64,000 nt of DNA. It comes from an uncultured Actinomycetes bacterium (GTDB taxonomy: Bacteria > Actinomycetota > Thermoleophilia > UBA2241). The stretch lies in NCBI GenBank assembly GCA_963764225.1, contig CAVXRL010000007.1:531510-595509 (forward strand). Direction: 5' to 3'. A program made the translations under genes and the position numbers. Under the pieces are notes generated by a model. It did no database searches. It saw only the letters and a program-made list of their open reading frames with translations, and was not told where the DNA came from. The stretch's first letter is position 1, and every line of letters starts with the position of its first letter. Positions 39,703 through 49,858 of the stretch are shown in pieces.

Positions 39703-40933
39703 TCAGAGTTGGGGCGCCGCCGCGGTCGCGGCGTCGGCCGCCGGCTCGGCCGGCCTGGCCGGCCCCTCCGGCCGCGCGTCGTGCAGCGTGACGGTGAAGG
39801 TGCTGCCGACGCCGGGCTCGCTCTTCACCGTCGGCCTCGCCGTCGTACATGTTGGCGATCTTGCGCACCGTGCTGAGGCCGAGGCCGCTGCCGAGGATCT
39901 TGACCGTCTGCTCGTTCTTGATGCGCGTGAACTCGTTGAACAGCTTGCCGGCCTCTTCCGCGCTGAGCCCGATGCCCGTGTCGCTCACGGTGACGACCGC
40001 CGCGTCGCCCTTGCGGCTGAGCGTGACCTTGACGTCGCCGCCGTCGCGGTTGTACTTCACGGCGTTCGAGATGAGGTTGTTCAGGACGATCTCGACCTCG
40101 CCGGGGTCGGCCTTGAGCTCGACGTCCGGTCCGTCCGCGAGCTCCACCGTGATGCCCCGGCGCTCGGCGTCGACGGCGAACAGTTCCATCGACGCGCGCG
40201 CGAGCTCGCGCAGGTCCACGCGCCTGATGACGCGCTCGCGCTGCCCGGACTCGATGCGCGTGAGGTCGAGCAGGTCCATGATGAGCTTCTTCATGCCGTC
40301 CACGCGCACGATGCTGCGCTCCACCATCTGCAGGTTCTGGTCGGCCTCGGTGGTGCGCAGGATGTTGAGGTAGCCCTCGACGGCGTTGAGCGGCGCCTTG
40401 AGCTCGTGCGCGAGCACCGAGATGAAGTTGAAGCGGATCTCGCGCTTCTCCTCGGCGAGCTTGCGCGCCTGCTTGCTCAGGATGAGCTGGCTGGTCGCCT
40501 TGCGCAGCGCGTAGCGCAGCTCCTCGGGCGTGAAGGGCTTGGCGAGGAAGTCGTAGGCGCCGAGCTTGGTGGCCTTGACCGCCGTCTCGAACGTGGCGTA
40601 GGCCGTGATCATGATGGTGAGGACCTCGCGGCCCTGGGCGCTCATGGCGTCGAGCACGTCCATGCCGCCGACGCCCGGCAGCTTGAGGTCGAGCAGCAGC
40701 AGGTCGACCTCGCCGCCCTCGCCGAGCCACGTCAGGTAGTCCTCGCCGCTGGTGAAGTAGCGGAACTCGTAGTCGGCGTCGACGAGCACGTCGGCCACGT
40801 GCACCCTGTACTTCTGGATGATGCGGCGGACGCCGAGGCAGAGCGCCTCCTCGTCGTCGACCATGACGACCTTGAGGGTGACCTGCTGCGGGTCCATGAG
40901 GCTCTCGCGCGCGGTCGGGTCAGGAGAGTTCAT
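39703..40933 (-). CDS. Hybrid response regulator-histidine kinase (REC-HisKA-HATPase); apparent frameshift near 39835 in the HATPase C-terminus
   Basis: REC (VVMVDDEEAL...LLLLDLKLPG), HisKA (FISVLAHELKAPLN), HATPase (NLISNAVKY...DTGIGL...GSGLGLSTVRKIANMYDGE). In-frame junk follows. The +1 frame gives ...VKSEPGVGSTFTVTL... ending at TGA 39703. Confidence 0.65.
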
Positions 40934-40935
40934 GA

Positions 40936-42990
40936 TCAGCTCCCGGTGATCTCCTGCAGGCTGGCCGGGACGTCGGTGGGCGCCTCGTACCGGGGCAGGG
41001 AGATGCTGAAGGTGGTGCCGGTGGGGCCCTTGGCGGGGTCGGCGTTGGACTCCACGCCGATCTGGCCGCGGTGCATCTTGACGATGCCGTGCGTGACGGC
41101 GAGCCCGAGCCCGGTCCCCTTGCCGACCTGTTTGGTCGTGAAGAACGGGCTGAAGAGCTTGTCCAGGTTCTCGGGGGGGATGCCCGTGCCCTCGTCCTGC
41201 ACCGTGATGAGGACGTGCTCGTCGGTACCGTCGAGCTTGACGAGGATCTCGCCTCCGTCCGGCATGGCGTGCTGGGCGTTGGTGAGCAGGTTGGTGAGCA
41301 CCTGGACGATCTGGTCGCCGTCGAGCTCGGCGACGGGGTCCTCGAGGTGGTCGACGACCTGCACGGAGACGCCCTCGGCGACGGGCAGCGTGCGCATGAC
41401 CTCGGCGACGAGGCTGGTGACGTCGGTGGGCTGGCGCACCACCCGGCTCTGGCGGGCGAAGTTGAGCAGGCCGGAGATGATCTTCTTGCAGCGGTTGGCC
41501 TGGTCGACGATGAGCTTGACGTCGTCGGCCTCCTGGGAGTCGACCTCGCAGTCCTCGAGCAGCAGGTTGGCGTGCAGGAGGAGGATGCCGAGCGGGTTGT
41601 TGACCTCGTGGGCGATGCCGGCCGCGAGCTGGCCCATGCTGGCGAGCTTCTCGCTCTTGACCAGGGCCTCCTTGGTGGTCTCCAGCGAGTGGTTGGTCTC
41701 CTGCAGTTCGTCGACCGTCTTGCGCAGCTCCTCGACGGAGTACGGCAGGCACATCTCCACCTCGGCCAGGCCCTGCCAGATGGCCACCGCGTGGTGGCGG
41801 CAGGTGTCGTACCCGCAGGCCCCGCAGTCGAGCTCGTCCTCGGGGCCGTACTTGTTCATGCGCGCGAGGATCTCCTCGACCTCCTCGCCGGACGGCATGT
41901 CGTCGAAGCGCTGGTCGAACGGAGCGAAGGTGCGCGAGAGGTCCACGTCGGCGAACTCGGCGACCGCGGCCTCCCACGCCGCCTGGTCGAAGGCGCTCTG
42001 GCGGCGGCGCGTCTCCTGGCTGACGTCCGAGCGGCGTTTGAAGACGGGGTCCTCGCAGCTGAAGCCGGCGCCCATGATGCAGCCCTCGCAGCAGAGGATG
42101 TCGAGCAGCCGGGCCTCGGTGTCGCCGTGCTCGAAGTCGGTGATGGCCTCCACCAGGTTCTGGCGGCCGTCGGCGCTGACGATCTCGCCGTCCAGCAGGT
42201 CTTCTTCGAGATCGGCGGCCTGGAGCAGGCCGCGCGTGATGGGGAAGAGGGCGCCGAGGCTGCCGTGCGGCGGGTCGAAGTCGTCGTCGCCGCCGTCGCG
42301 CCCCGTGAGGCGGATGCCGTTCGAGGCGAGCAGGGTGCGCAGCTCGACGTAGGTGAGCGCCGCGTGGACCTCTCCCTCGAACTGCTCGTAGCGCGCCTCG
42401 CCCTTCTTGGCGATGCACGGGCCGATGAACACGACCCTGAGGTCCGGCCCGTGCTTCTTGTGCAGCACGCGCGCGATCGCGAGCATCGGCGAGACGATGG
42501 GCGCCAGGTTGTCGAGGATGCCGGGGTTGTACTTGCGCACGTAGCTGACGACGGCGGGGCAACTGGTGGCGATGTGCCGGCCGTCGCTCTCCTCGAGCAG
42601 GCGCGCGTACTCGGCGGCCACGAGGTCGGCGCCGAAGCTCACCTCGTGGACCTGGGCGAAGCCGAGGTCGCGGAGGGCGCCGACCAGCGCCGCCGTGTCG
42701 CACTCCGTGAACTCGGCCGGGTAGCTCGGCGCCACGATGGCCGCGACGGGAGCGTCACCGGCCAGCAGTCCCTCGGTGTCCTCGATGCCGCTGAGCACCT
42801 GCTTGGCGTTCTGGCTGCAGATGGTGACGCAGTTGCCGCAGCCGATGCAGCGCGTCTGGATGACGCTCGCCTGCCCGTCGAGGATCTGGATGGCCTTGGC
42901 CGGGCACTCGCGCACGCAGGTGTAGCAGCGGCGGCACTTCTCCCGGATCGTCGTGACCAGCTGGAGGTAGGGGACCTTGTCTTCGTTCAT
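40936..42990 (-). CDS. Sensory [FeFe]-hydrogenase-like protein fused to a histidine kinase (group C3-like HydS-HK): 2x[4Fe-4S]-H-domain-Cx2Cx4Cx16C-HisKA-HATPase
   Basis: CRRCYTCVRECP and CIGCGNCVTIC; H-domain variants TSCPAVVSY, GPCIAKKGE and CCEGCIMGAG; CGACGYDTCRHHAVAIWQGLAEVEMC; HisKA AHEVNNPL; HATPase LTNLLTNAQHAM...DEGTGI...GTGLGLAVTHGIV. Stop TGA overlaps the start region of the next gene. Confidence 0.85.
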   Translation of the reverse strand: MNEDKVPYLQLVTTIREKCRRCYTCVRECPAKAIQILDGQASVIQTRCIGCGNCVTICSQNAKQVLSGIEDTEGLLAGDAPVAAIVAPSYPAEFTECDTAALVGALRDLGFAQVHEVSFGADLVAAEYARLLEESDGRHIATSCPAVVSYVRKYNPGILDNLAPIVSPMLAIARVLHKKHGPDLRVVFIGPCIAKKGEARYEQFEGEVHAALTYVELRTLLASNGIRLTGRDGGDDDFDPPHGSLGALFPITRGLLQAADLEEDLLDGEIVSADGRQNLVEAITDFEHGDTEARLLDILCCEGCIMGAGFSCEDPVFKRRSDVSQETRRRQSAFDQAAWEAAVAEFADVDLSRTFAPFDQRFDDMPSGEEVEEILARMNKYGPEDELDCGACGYDTCRHHAVAIWQGLAEVEMCLPYSVEELRKTVDELQETNHSLETTKEALVKSEKLASMGQLAAGIAHEVNNPLGILLLHANLLLEDCEVDSQEADDVKLIVDQANRCKKIISGLLNFARQSRVVRQPTDVTSLVAEVMRTLPVAEGVSVQVVDHLEDPVAELDGDQIVQVLTNLLTNAQHAMPDGGEILVKLDGTDEHVLITVQDEGTGIPPENLDKLFSPFFTTKQVGKGTGLGLAVTHGIVKMHRGQIGVESNADPAKGPTGTTFSISLPRYEAPTDVPASLQEITGS

Positions 42991-43008
42991 GGCACTGCCA
43001 CCGTCACG

Positions 43009-43416
43009 TCAGTCCGCGCCGGCGAGCAGCTCGCTCACCTTGGCGAGGAGCGCCGGTGCGTCGATGGGCTTGTCGAAGTAGGCGTCGACGTTCATCTCGG
43101 CGAGGTCCTCGTCCGAGCCGGGGCGGAAGTTGAGGCCGAGCGCGCTGCTCACCGACGTGCTGATGATGATGGGCACGTGGGCGGTGCGCGCGTCGCTCTT
43201 GAGGCGGGCGGCGAAGGAGAATCCGGCGTCGATGCTCGTCATCATGAGGTCGGTGATGACGAGGTCCGGGGCCTCCTCGTCGATGCGCGTCTGCGCCTCG
43301 ACCGGGTTGGTGGCGGTGACGACGCGGTAGCCGGCTCCCTCGAGGATGAAGCGGTTGATCTCGAGGAAGTCGAAGTCGTCGTCGACGATGAGTATCAGTG
43401 CCTGCTGTCCGCTCAT
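43009..43416 (-). CDS. Single-domain response regulator (REC)
   Basis: LILIVDDDFDFLE...LVITDLMM...KP. Confidence 0.75.
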   Translation of the reverse strand: MSGQQALILIVDDDFDFLEINRFILEGAGYRVVTATNPVEAQTRIDEEAPDLVITDLMMTSIDAGFSFAARLKSDARTAHVPIIISTSVSSALGLNFRPGSDEDLAEMNVDAYFDKPIDAPALLAKVSELLAGAD

Positions 43417-43537
43417 GCTCCGCCTTCAGTATAGATGCTGCGTCTTCTTCGGCGGCGGCCCGGGCGGCCCCGGTCTCCCGGGGCCGCCCTGGGGCGCGCC
43501 GCCCACGCGCCCGGCCGCCGTCTTGCTCAGACGCGTC

Positions 43538-45316
43538 TCAGACGCGGTCGTGCTCGAAGTAGTGGGTGTGCAGGAGGTGGTGCGAGATCTCGCCGCACGG
43601 CGCCCCGAGGTACTCCTCGTACAGGGCGCAGACGGCGGGATTCTCGTGCGACTTGCGCAGCTCGCGGCCCTCGTCCTCGCGGTAGATCGCCTCGATGCGC
43701 TTCCTGCGCACCTCGTTGGTGGTGAAGCGCGGCTGCCCGCCGCCGCCGATGCAGCCGCCGGGGCAGGTCATGACCTCGACGAAGTGGTACTCGGCCTCGC
43801 CGCTCTTGATCTGGTCGATGACCTTCTGCGCGTTGCCGAGCCCGTGGGCCACGGCGACCTTCAGGTCGGCGCCCTCGAGGAACGCCCAGTCTCCCTTGGC
43901 TCCCTCGACCTTGACGGTCGCCACCTTCACGCCGTCGAGGCCCTCGATGGGCTGGACGTGCAGGTCGGGGAAGGGGAACGGGGTCTCGGTGACGATCTCC
44001 CAGGCCGTGCGCAGGGCCGCCTCCATGACTCCGCCCGTGTTGGCGAAGATGTCGGCGGCGCCGGTGCTGATGCCGAGCGGCGCGTCCATCTGCTCGTCGG
44101 GCAGGCTGCGGAAGTCGATGCCGGCCTGCTTGATGAAGGCGCCGAGCTCGCGCGTGGTGAGCACGATGTCGACGTCCTGCACGCCGCTGTCGTTCATCTC
44201 GGGACGTGCCGCTTCGTACTTCTTCGCCGTGCACGGCATGACCGAGACCACGACCATGTCCTTCGGGTCCACGCCGATCTTCTCGGCGTAGTAGGTCTTC
44301 GCGATGGCTCCGAACATCTGCTGCGGGCTCTTGCAGGTGCTCAGGTTGTCGAGCATGTCGGGGTTGAAGTGCTCCATGTAGTTGATCCAGCCCGGGGAGC
44401 AGCTGGAGAACTGCGGCAGGGCGACCTGCTCGCCGTCCACGAGGGCCTTCTTGAGCCGCACGAGCAGCTCCGTGCCCTCCTCCATGATCGTGAGGTCGGC
44501 GGTGAAGTCCGTGTCGAACACGGCGTCGAAGCCGAGGCGGCGCAGGGCGGCGACCATCTTGCCGGTCACCAGGGTGCCGGCCGGGTAGTCGAAGCATTCG
44601 CCGAGAGCGGCGCGGATGGCCGGCGCGGTCTGGACGATCACCGTCTTGCCCGGGTCCTCGAGCGCCGCCCAGACGTCGTCGATCTGATTGCGCTCGGTGA
44701 TCGCGCCCACCGGGCAGACGGCGGCGCACTGGCCGCACTGCACGCACACGACGTCGCTCAGGTTCTGGGCGAACGCCGGGCCGATGAGGGTGGCGAAGCC
44801 GCGGCCCTGGGCGAACAGGCCGCCCACCTGCTGGACCTCGTTGCACACCGTGACGCAGCGGCGGCAGGCGACGCACTTGCCGGTGTCGCGGATGAGCGCC
44901 GGGGTGCTGTCGTCCACCATCCTGAGGGTCTTCTCGCCCTCGTACCGGAGGTCGCCGATGCCGAGGTCCTCGGCCAGCGTGCGCAGCTCGCAGTCGCCCG
45001 AGCGGGAGCAGGTGCGGCAGTCGCCGTCGTGCTCGGAGAGCAGCAGTTCGACCACCATCTGGCGCGCGTCGCGCACCTTGCCGGTGTTGGTCTTGACGAC
45101 CATGCCGTCGGTGGCCGGCTGGCTGCACGAGGCGACGAGGGAGCGAGCGCCCTCGACTTCCACGAGGCAGACGCGGCAGGCGCCGATGGACTGGACGTCT
45201 TCGAGGTAGCAGAGGGTCGGCACCTTCACGCCCGCCTGTCTGGCGGCCTGAAGCACCGTGGTGCCCTCGGGGACCTCGACGGTGATCCCATCAATGGTGA
45301 GGGTAGGCATGGTCAT
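43538..45316 (-). CDS. hydA: [FeFe] hydrogenase catalytic subunit HydA (set 2)
   Basis: 592 aa from MTMPTLTIDG. H-cluster motifs SSCSPGW, MPCTAKK and EVMTCPGGCIGGGGQP, plus N-terminal ferredoxin domains. Confidence 0.9.
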   Translation of the reverse strand: MTMPTLTIDGITVEVPEGTTVLQAARQAGVKVPTLCYLEDVQSIGACRVCLVEVEGARSLVASCSQPATDGMVVKTNTGKVRDARQMVVELLLSEHDGDCRTCSRSGDCELRTLAEDLGIGDLRYEGEKTLRMVDDSTPALIRDTGKCVACRRCVTVCNEVQQVGGLFAQGRGFATLIGPAFAQNLSDVVCVQCGQCAAVCPVGAITERNQIDDVWAALEDPGKTVIVQTAPAIRAALGECFDYPAGTLVTGKMVAALRRLGFDAVFDTDFTADLTIMEEGTELLVRLKKALVDGEQVALPQFSSCSPGWINYMEHFNPDMLDNLSTCKSPQQMFGAIAKTYYAEKIGVDPKDMVVVSVMPCTAKKYEAARPEMNDSGVQDVDIVLTTRELGAFIKQAGIDFRSLPDEQMDAPLGISTGAADIFANTGGVMEAALRTAWEIVTETPFPFPDLHVQPIEGLDGVKVATVKVEGAKGDWAFLEGADLKVAVAHGLGNAQKVIDQIKSGEAEYHFVEVMTCPGGCIGGGGQPRFTTNEVRRKRIEAIYREDEGRELRKSHENPAVCALYEEYLGAPCGEISHHLLHTHYFEHDRV

Positions 45317-45327
45317 GCTCTCCTTGC

Positions 45328-48300
45328 TCACGAGCCGTACTTGCCGTAGTCGCAGCGCAGGCAGCGCTTCGCCTCGGCGACCGCGACCTCCGCGGCCCAG
45401 CTCAGCTCGACCTCGTCGAAGTTGGTGACGCGGGCGCCGACGGCCAGTTCCTCGACCGCGTGGCGCTCGACGAACGCGGGGTCGGCGTCGGGGTCGAAGA
45501 ACGTCGGCGGCTCGATGTCGCGCCGCCAGAAGGCGTGGTTGACGCCGGTGAGGAGCTCGTCCATGGCGACGGCGGCCTTCTCGCCGGCGCCGATGGCCTC
45601 GACCACCGACGACGGACCGGTCGCCGCGTCGCCGCCGGTGAACACCCAGTCGACGCTCGTCTGGCCGGTGTCCGGGTCGGCGCCGAGGTAGCCCCAGCGG
45701 TTGAGCTCGACGGGGGTGCCGTCCAGCACGGCCGGCGCGTCGAGCTTCTGCCCGATCGCGGCGATGACGGTGTCGGCCTCGACCACGAAGTCGGGGTTGT
45801 GGCCGGCCACCGGACGGCGACGGCCGCTGCGGTCGTAGTCGCCCAGCGCCATCTCCTTGCAGCGCACGCCGGTGACGTTGCCGCTCGCGTCGCGGAGGAT
45901 CTCCTCCGGCGCGACGAGCGTCATGATGTCGATGCCCTCGAGGTCGGCGGCGTCGATCTCCTCGCCCCACGCCGGCATCTGCGCGCGCGTGCGGCGGTAG
46001 AGGATCCTGACGCTCTCGGCGCCGAGGCGCAGGGCGGTGCGGGCGGCGTCGATGGCCGCGTTGCCGCCGCCGATGACGGCGACGTTCTTGCCCACTTCGC
46101 CCTTGCCGCTGACGTTGTACTCCTTGAGGAAGGAGAGGCCGTCGTACACGCCCGGGCCGTCTTCGCCCGGGACGCCGATGCCGGCGCCCTGCGGGGCGCC
46201 GACGCCGACGAACACGGCCTCGTAGCCCTCGTCCCGGAGGCTCTGCAGCGTGAAGTCCTTCCCGAGCGCCTTGCCGTACTCGAAGCGCGCGCCCATGGAC
46301 TCGATCATCCTGACCTCGCGCTCGAGCTCGGGACGCGGCAGGCGGTAGGCCGGGATGGCCTGGACCAGCATGCCGCCGGCCTTGGGCTCGGCCTCGAACA
46401 CGACCGGCTTGTAGCCCAGCCGCGCGAGGAAGTAGGCGGCGGAGAGGCCGGCCGGCCCGGAGCCGACGACCGCGACCTTGCGCGCGGCGTTCTCGGCGTT
46501 CTCCACGACCTCCGGAAGCTGGATCTCCTCCTCCTGCTCCACCATGAAGCGCTTGACGTGGCGGATGGCGAGGGCGCCGTCGAGGCTGGAGCGCATGCAC
46601 TTGCTCTCGCAGGGGTGGAAGCAGACGCGGGCGCAGACGCTGGCGAGCGGGTTGCGCTCGCGGTGCAGCTTGAGCGCCTCGTCGTAGCGCTGCTCGCCCA
46701 CCAGGCTCACGAAGCCGGGGATGTTGACGCTGGCCGGGCACGCGTTGGAGCAGCGCGCCTTGAACAGCGTCGAGCAGACGCCGGCCTCGCAGTACTTGTC
46801 CTTGATGTGGGCCTCGTACTCGTGGCGGAAGTGGCGGATGGTGCTGAGCACCGGGTTGGGGGCCGTCTGGCCGAGGCCGCAGAGCGCGGTCTGGCTGATG
46901 GACTCGCCGAGGGCGATGAGACGCTCGATGTCGCCCTCCTCGCCCTCACCGTTGCAGATGCGCTCGACGATCTCGAGCATCCGCTTGGTGCCGACGCGGC
47001 AGGGCGGGCACTTGCCGCAGCTCTCTTCCTGCGTGAACTCGAGGAAGAACCGGGCGATGTCCACCATGCAGGTGTCCTCGTCCATGACGATGACGCCGCC
47101 GGAGCCCATGATCGCGCCGAGCTCCTGCAGGGTGGCGTAGTCCACCGGCACGTTGAGGTGCTCCTTGGGGATGCAGCCGCCCGAGGGACCGCCGAGCTGG
47201 GCGGCCTTGTACGCCTTGCCGTTCGGGATGCCGCCGCCGACCTCGTAGATGAGCTCGCCGAGCTGCATGCCGATCGGGACCTCGACGAGGCCGGTGTGCT
47301 GCACGTTGCCGCCGAGCGCGAACACCTTGGTGCCCTTGCTGCTCTCGGTGCCGGTGCTGGCGTACCAGGCCGACGCCCTTGAGGATGATCGGCGCGATGT
47401 TGGCGAAGGTCTCGACGTTGTTGAGCACGCTGGGCTTGCCCCAGAGGCCGCTGACGGCCGGGAACGGCGGGCGCGGCCGCGGCTCGCCGCGGTGACCCTC
47501 GATCGAGGTCATCAGCGCGGTCTCCTCGCCGCAGACGAAGGCGCCGGAGCCCATGCGGATCTCGAGGTCGAAGTCGAAGCCCGAGCCCATGATGTCGTTG
47601 CCGAGCAGGCCGTACTCGCGCGCCTGCCCGAGCGCGTGCTCGAGGCGCTCGACGGCGAGCGGGTACTCGGCGCGCACGTACACGTAGCCCTGGTGCGCGC
47701 CGATCGCGAAGGCGCCGACGACCATGCCCTCGATCAGCGAGTGCGGGTCGCCCTCGAGCACGGAGCGGTCCATGAACGCGCCCGGGTCGCCCTCGTCGGC
47801 GTTGCAGAGGATGTACTTGACGTCGTTGTCCTGCTGCTGGGCGAAGCGCCACTTCATCCCGGTGGGGAACCCGGCGCCGCCGCGGCCGCGCAGGCCCGAG
47901 GCGAGGACTTCTTCGACGACCTGCTCGGGGGTCATCGCGGTGAGCACCTTGGCGAGGGCCTGGTAGCCGTCGCGGGCGATGTACTCGTCGATGTTGAGGG
48001 GGTCGATGATGCCGGAGTTGCGCAGCACGATCTTGACCTGGCGGTTGAAGAACGGGATGTCGTCCATCTCCGCCTGCGTCCGCTCGGTGCCGGGCGCGTG
48101 ACTCACGAGACGCTCGACGACGCGGCCCTTGAGGAGGTGCTCCTCGACGAGCTCGGGCACGTCGTCGACCTTGATGTTCTGGTAGAACACGCCGTCCGGG
48201 TAGACGAGCGCCACGGGGCCCTGCACGCAGGGGCCGAGGCAGCCGGTCTCGACGACGTCGACCTCGCCGGCGAGCTCGCGAGCCTTGAGCTCCTCGCGCA

Positions 48301-48382
48301 CCGCCTTGCTCACGTCGAGGGCGCCGGAGGCGATGCAGCCGCCGCCGGTGCAGATGAGGAAGTGACTTCTCACGTCAGCCAT
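45328..48382 (-). CDS. hydB: HydB (NuoF-like flavoprotein with N-terminal thioredoxin-like domain) fused to a C-terminal GltD-like FAD/NAD(P) oxidoreductase domain; one apparent frameshift near 47327
   Basis: N-part is ORF 46946..48382 (...[13 protein letters not shown]...[10 protein letters not shown]...[10 protein letters not shown]). C-part is ORF 45328..47325 (...[20 protein letters not shown]...[10 protein letters not shown]..., then [22 protein letters not shown]...[15 protein letters not shown]...). Shifting the frame by +1 at the aagggcg/tcggcc junction restores ...[29 protein letters not shown]. Confidence 0.75.
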
Positions 48383-48399
48383 AGCAGATCCACTCGCTC

Positions 48400-48771
48400 T
48401 CAGGTCTTGATGAGGTAGGCCTCGACGGGGGTCCCGCCGACGAGGTGGTTGACGACGATGGTGTGCACTCTGGCCTTGTCGAGCAGGCCGTAGCGGTAGG
48501 TCCTGCCGTCGGACAGGGTCAGGGTCGCCATCGGCTCCTGTTCGCAGAGTCCGGCGCAGCCGGACTGGTGCAGGCTGGCGGAGGTGACGCCGTTGGCCGA
48601 GAGCTCGGTCATGAACGCGGCCACGATCTCGCGCGCGCCGGCGGCGATGCCGCAGGTGCCCATGTGCACGGTCACCTGCGTCTCCTTGCGGCCGGAGCGG
48701 AGGTCGATGTCGGCCTTCGCCTTCTCGGCCAGTGCCTTGAGCTGGTCGGGGCTCGTGATCCGGTCGGTCAT
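48400..48771 (-). CDS. Thioredoxin-like [2Fe-2S] ferredoxin (HydD-like small hydrogenase subunit)
   Basis: 123 aa with CGIAAG...CAGLC. ATG overlaps the hydC2 stop (ATGA). Confidence 0.65.
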   Translation of the reverse strand: MTDRITSPDQLKALAEKAKADIDLRSGRKETQVTVHMGTCGIAAGAREIVAAFMTELSANGVTSASLHQSGCAGLCEQEPMATLTLSDGRTYRYGLLDKARVHTIVVNHLVGGTPVEAYLIKT

Positions 48772-49307
48772 CAGGCGCTCCTCTCTACAAGGGCCGGCTC
48801 CTCGGCGTACTGGGCGAGGATCTCGTTGACGCGCTTGGGCTTGACCCGGTGGTGCACGTCGTCGTCGACCATGATCACCGGGGCGAGGCCGCAGGCGCCG
48901 AAGCAGCGGCCGATCTCCAGGGAGAACTGACGGTCCTCGGTGGTGCCGCCGATGTCGATGCCGAGTTCTTTCTTGAAGGCGTCCATGACGGCGACGCCGC
49001 CGCGCACGTAGCAGGCCGTGCCCAGGCAGATGCGGACGAGGTGCTTGCCGCGCGGGACGGTGGTGAAGAAGGAGTAGAACCCCACCACGCCGGCCACTTC
49101 GCTGTACGGTTTCCGCAGCTCGCGTGCGATGTGCTTGAGCGCGACCTCCGGCAGGTAGCCGAAGATGCCCTGGGCGAGCTGCAGCACGGGGATCAGGGCC
49201 CCGGGCTTGCCCCTGTACTCGGCGATGACCGCGTCGAGGCGCTCGAGGAGTTCCTCCTCGGTCGGCTCCTCGGTGCAGCATGCGCACTGGTTGACTGCTT
49301 CAGCCAT
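48771..49307 (-). CDS. hydC: Hydrogenase subunit HydC (NuoE-like 2Fe-2S), set 2
   Basis: ...CLGTACYVRG...CFGACGLAP. Confidence 0.8.
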   Translation of the reverse strand: MAEAVNQCACCTEEPTEEELLERLDAVIAEYRGKPGALIPVLQLAQGIFGYLPEVALKHIARELRKPYSEVAGVVGFYSFFTTVPRGKHLVRICLGTACYVRGGVAVMDAFKKELGIDIGGTTEDRQFSLEIGRCFGACGLAPVIMVDDDVHHRVKPKRVNEILAQYAEEPALVERSA

Positions 49308-49362
49308 TCCCCTCTCCTTCGCTTGGTTCTGCTGCGATCGCTTCGCAGATGATGTCCATGGC

Positions 49363-49858
49363 TCAGCCAGCGCTCTCTGGAACAGCGGTGAGTTCCGAGA
49401 AGCGTGCCGGTATGTCCGGGCCGCGCAGGGTGGTGCGCGACCCGTCGTCTTTGAGGTCGACCCGGAACTCGATCTCCGGGTTGGTGGCGAACATCGCGGC
49501 GATGGAGGCGGCCACGTCGCCCAGCGGCGGGCGGTCGACGTTGGCGAGCCGCATGTGCGCGGTCGACGCAGACCCCGCCGAGCTCGCCGGACCGCCCCAC
49601 GGTGAGGCCGCCGCCGGCGGCCTCGGCCGCCTGCCGGAAGAGGCTGAGGCCGAGGCCCGTCTTCTTGTCGCTCTTGGTGGTGAAGAACGGGTCGAGGGCC
49701 TGCTCCGGTTCCACCGGCAGGCCCGGCCCGTCGTCCTCGACGCGCATCGTGAGCTCGTCCGCCGCGCGGTCGGCGACGATGGTCGTGGCGATCACCGTCG
49801 CCCCGGCGCGCACCGAGTTCTCGAGGATGTCGAGGAGGTAGAGCGAGAGGTCATGCAT
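49363..49858 (-). CDS. Histidine-kinase-like ATPase (HATPase_c-only) protein typical of hyd operons; apparent frameshift near 49560
   Basis: MHDLSLYLLDILENSVRAGA...VEDDGPGLPV...DKKTGLGLSLFRQAAE...GRSGELGG in frame 1 (ORF 49193..49858). C-terminus ...MRLANVDRPPLGDVAASIAAMFATNPEIEFRVDLKDDG... in the adjacent frame (ORF 49363..49554). Confidence 0.6.

Noticed and set aside
39635-43434. 905-aa and 787-aa plus-strand ORFs, plus the 1058-aa minus ORF 39527..42703
   Set aside because: Plus-strand ORFs are antisense to the HydS-HK and hybrid kinase genes. The 1058-aa minus ORF merges two genes. The real boundary is the TGA at 40936-40938 followed by ATG at 40931-40933. The tail past 39835 is out-of-frame junk.
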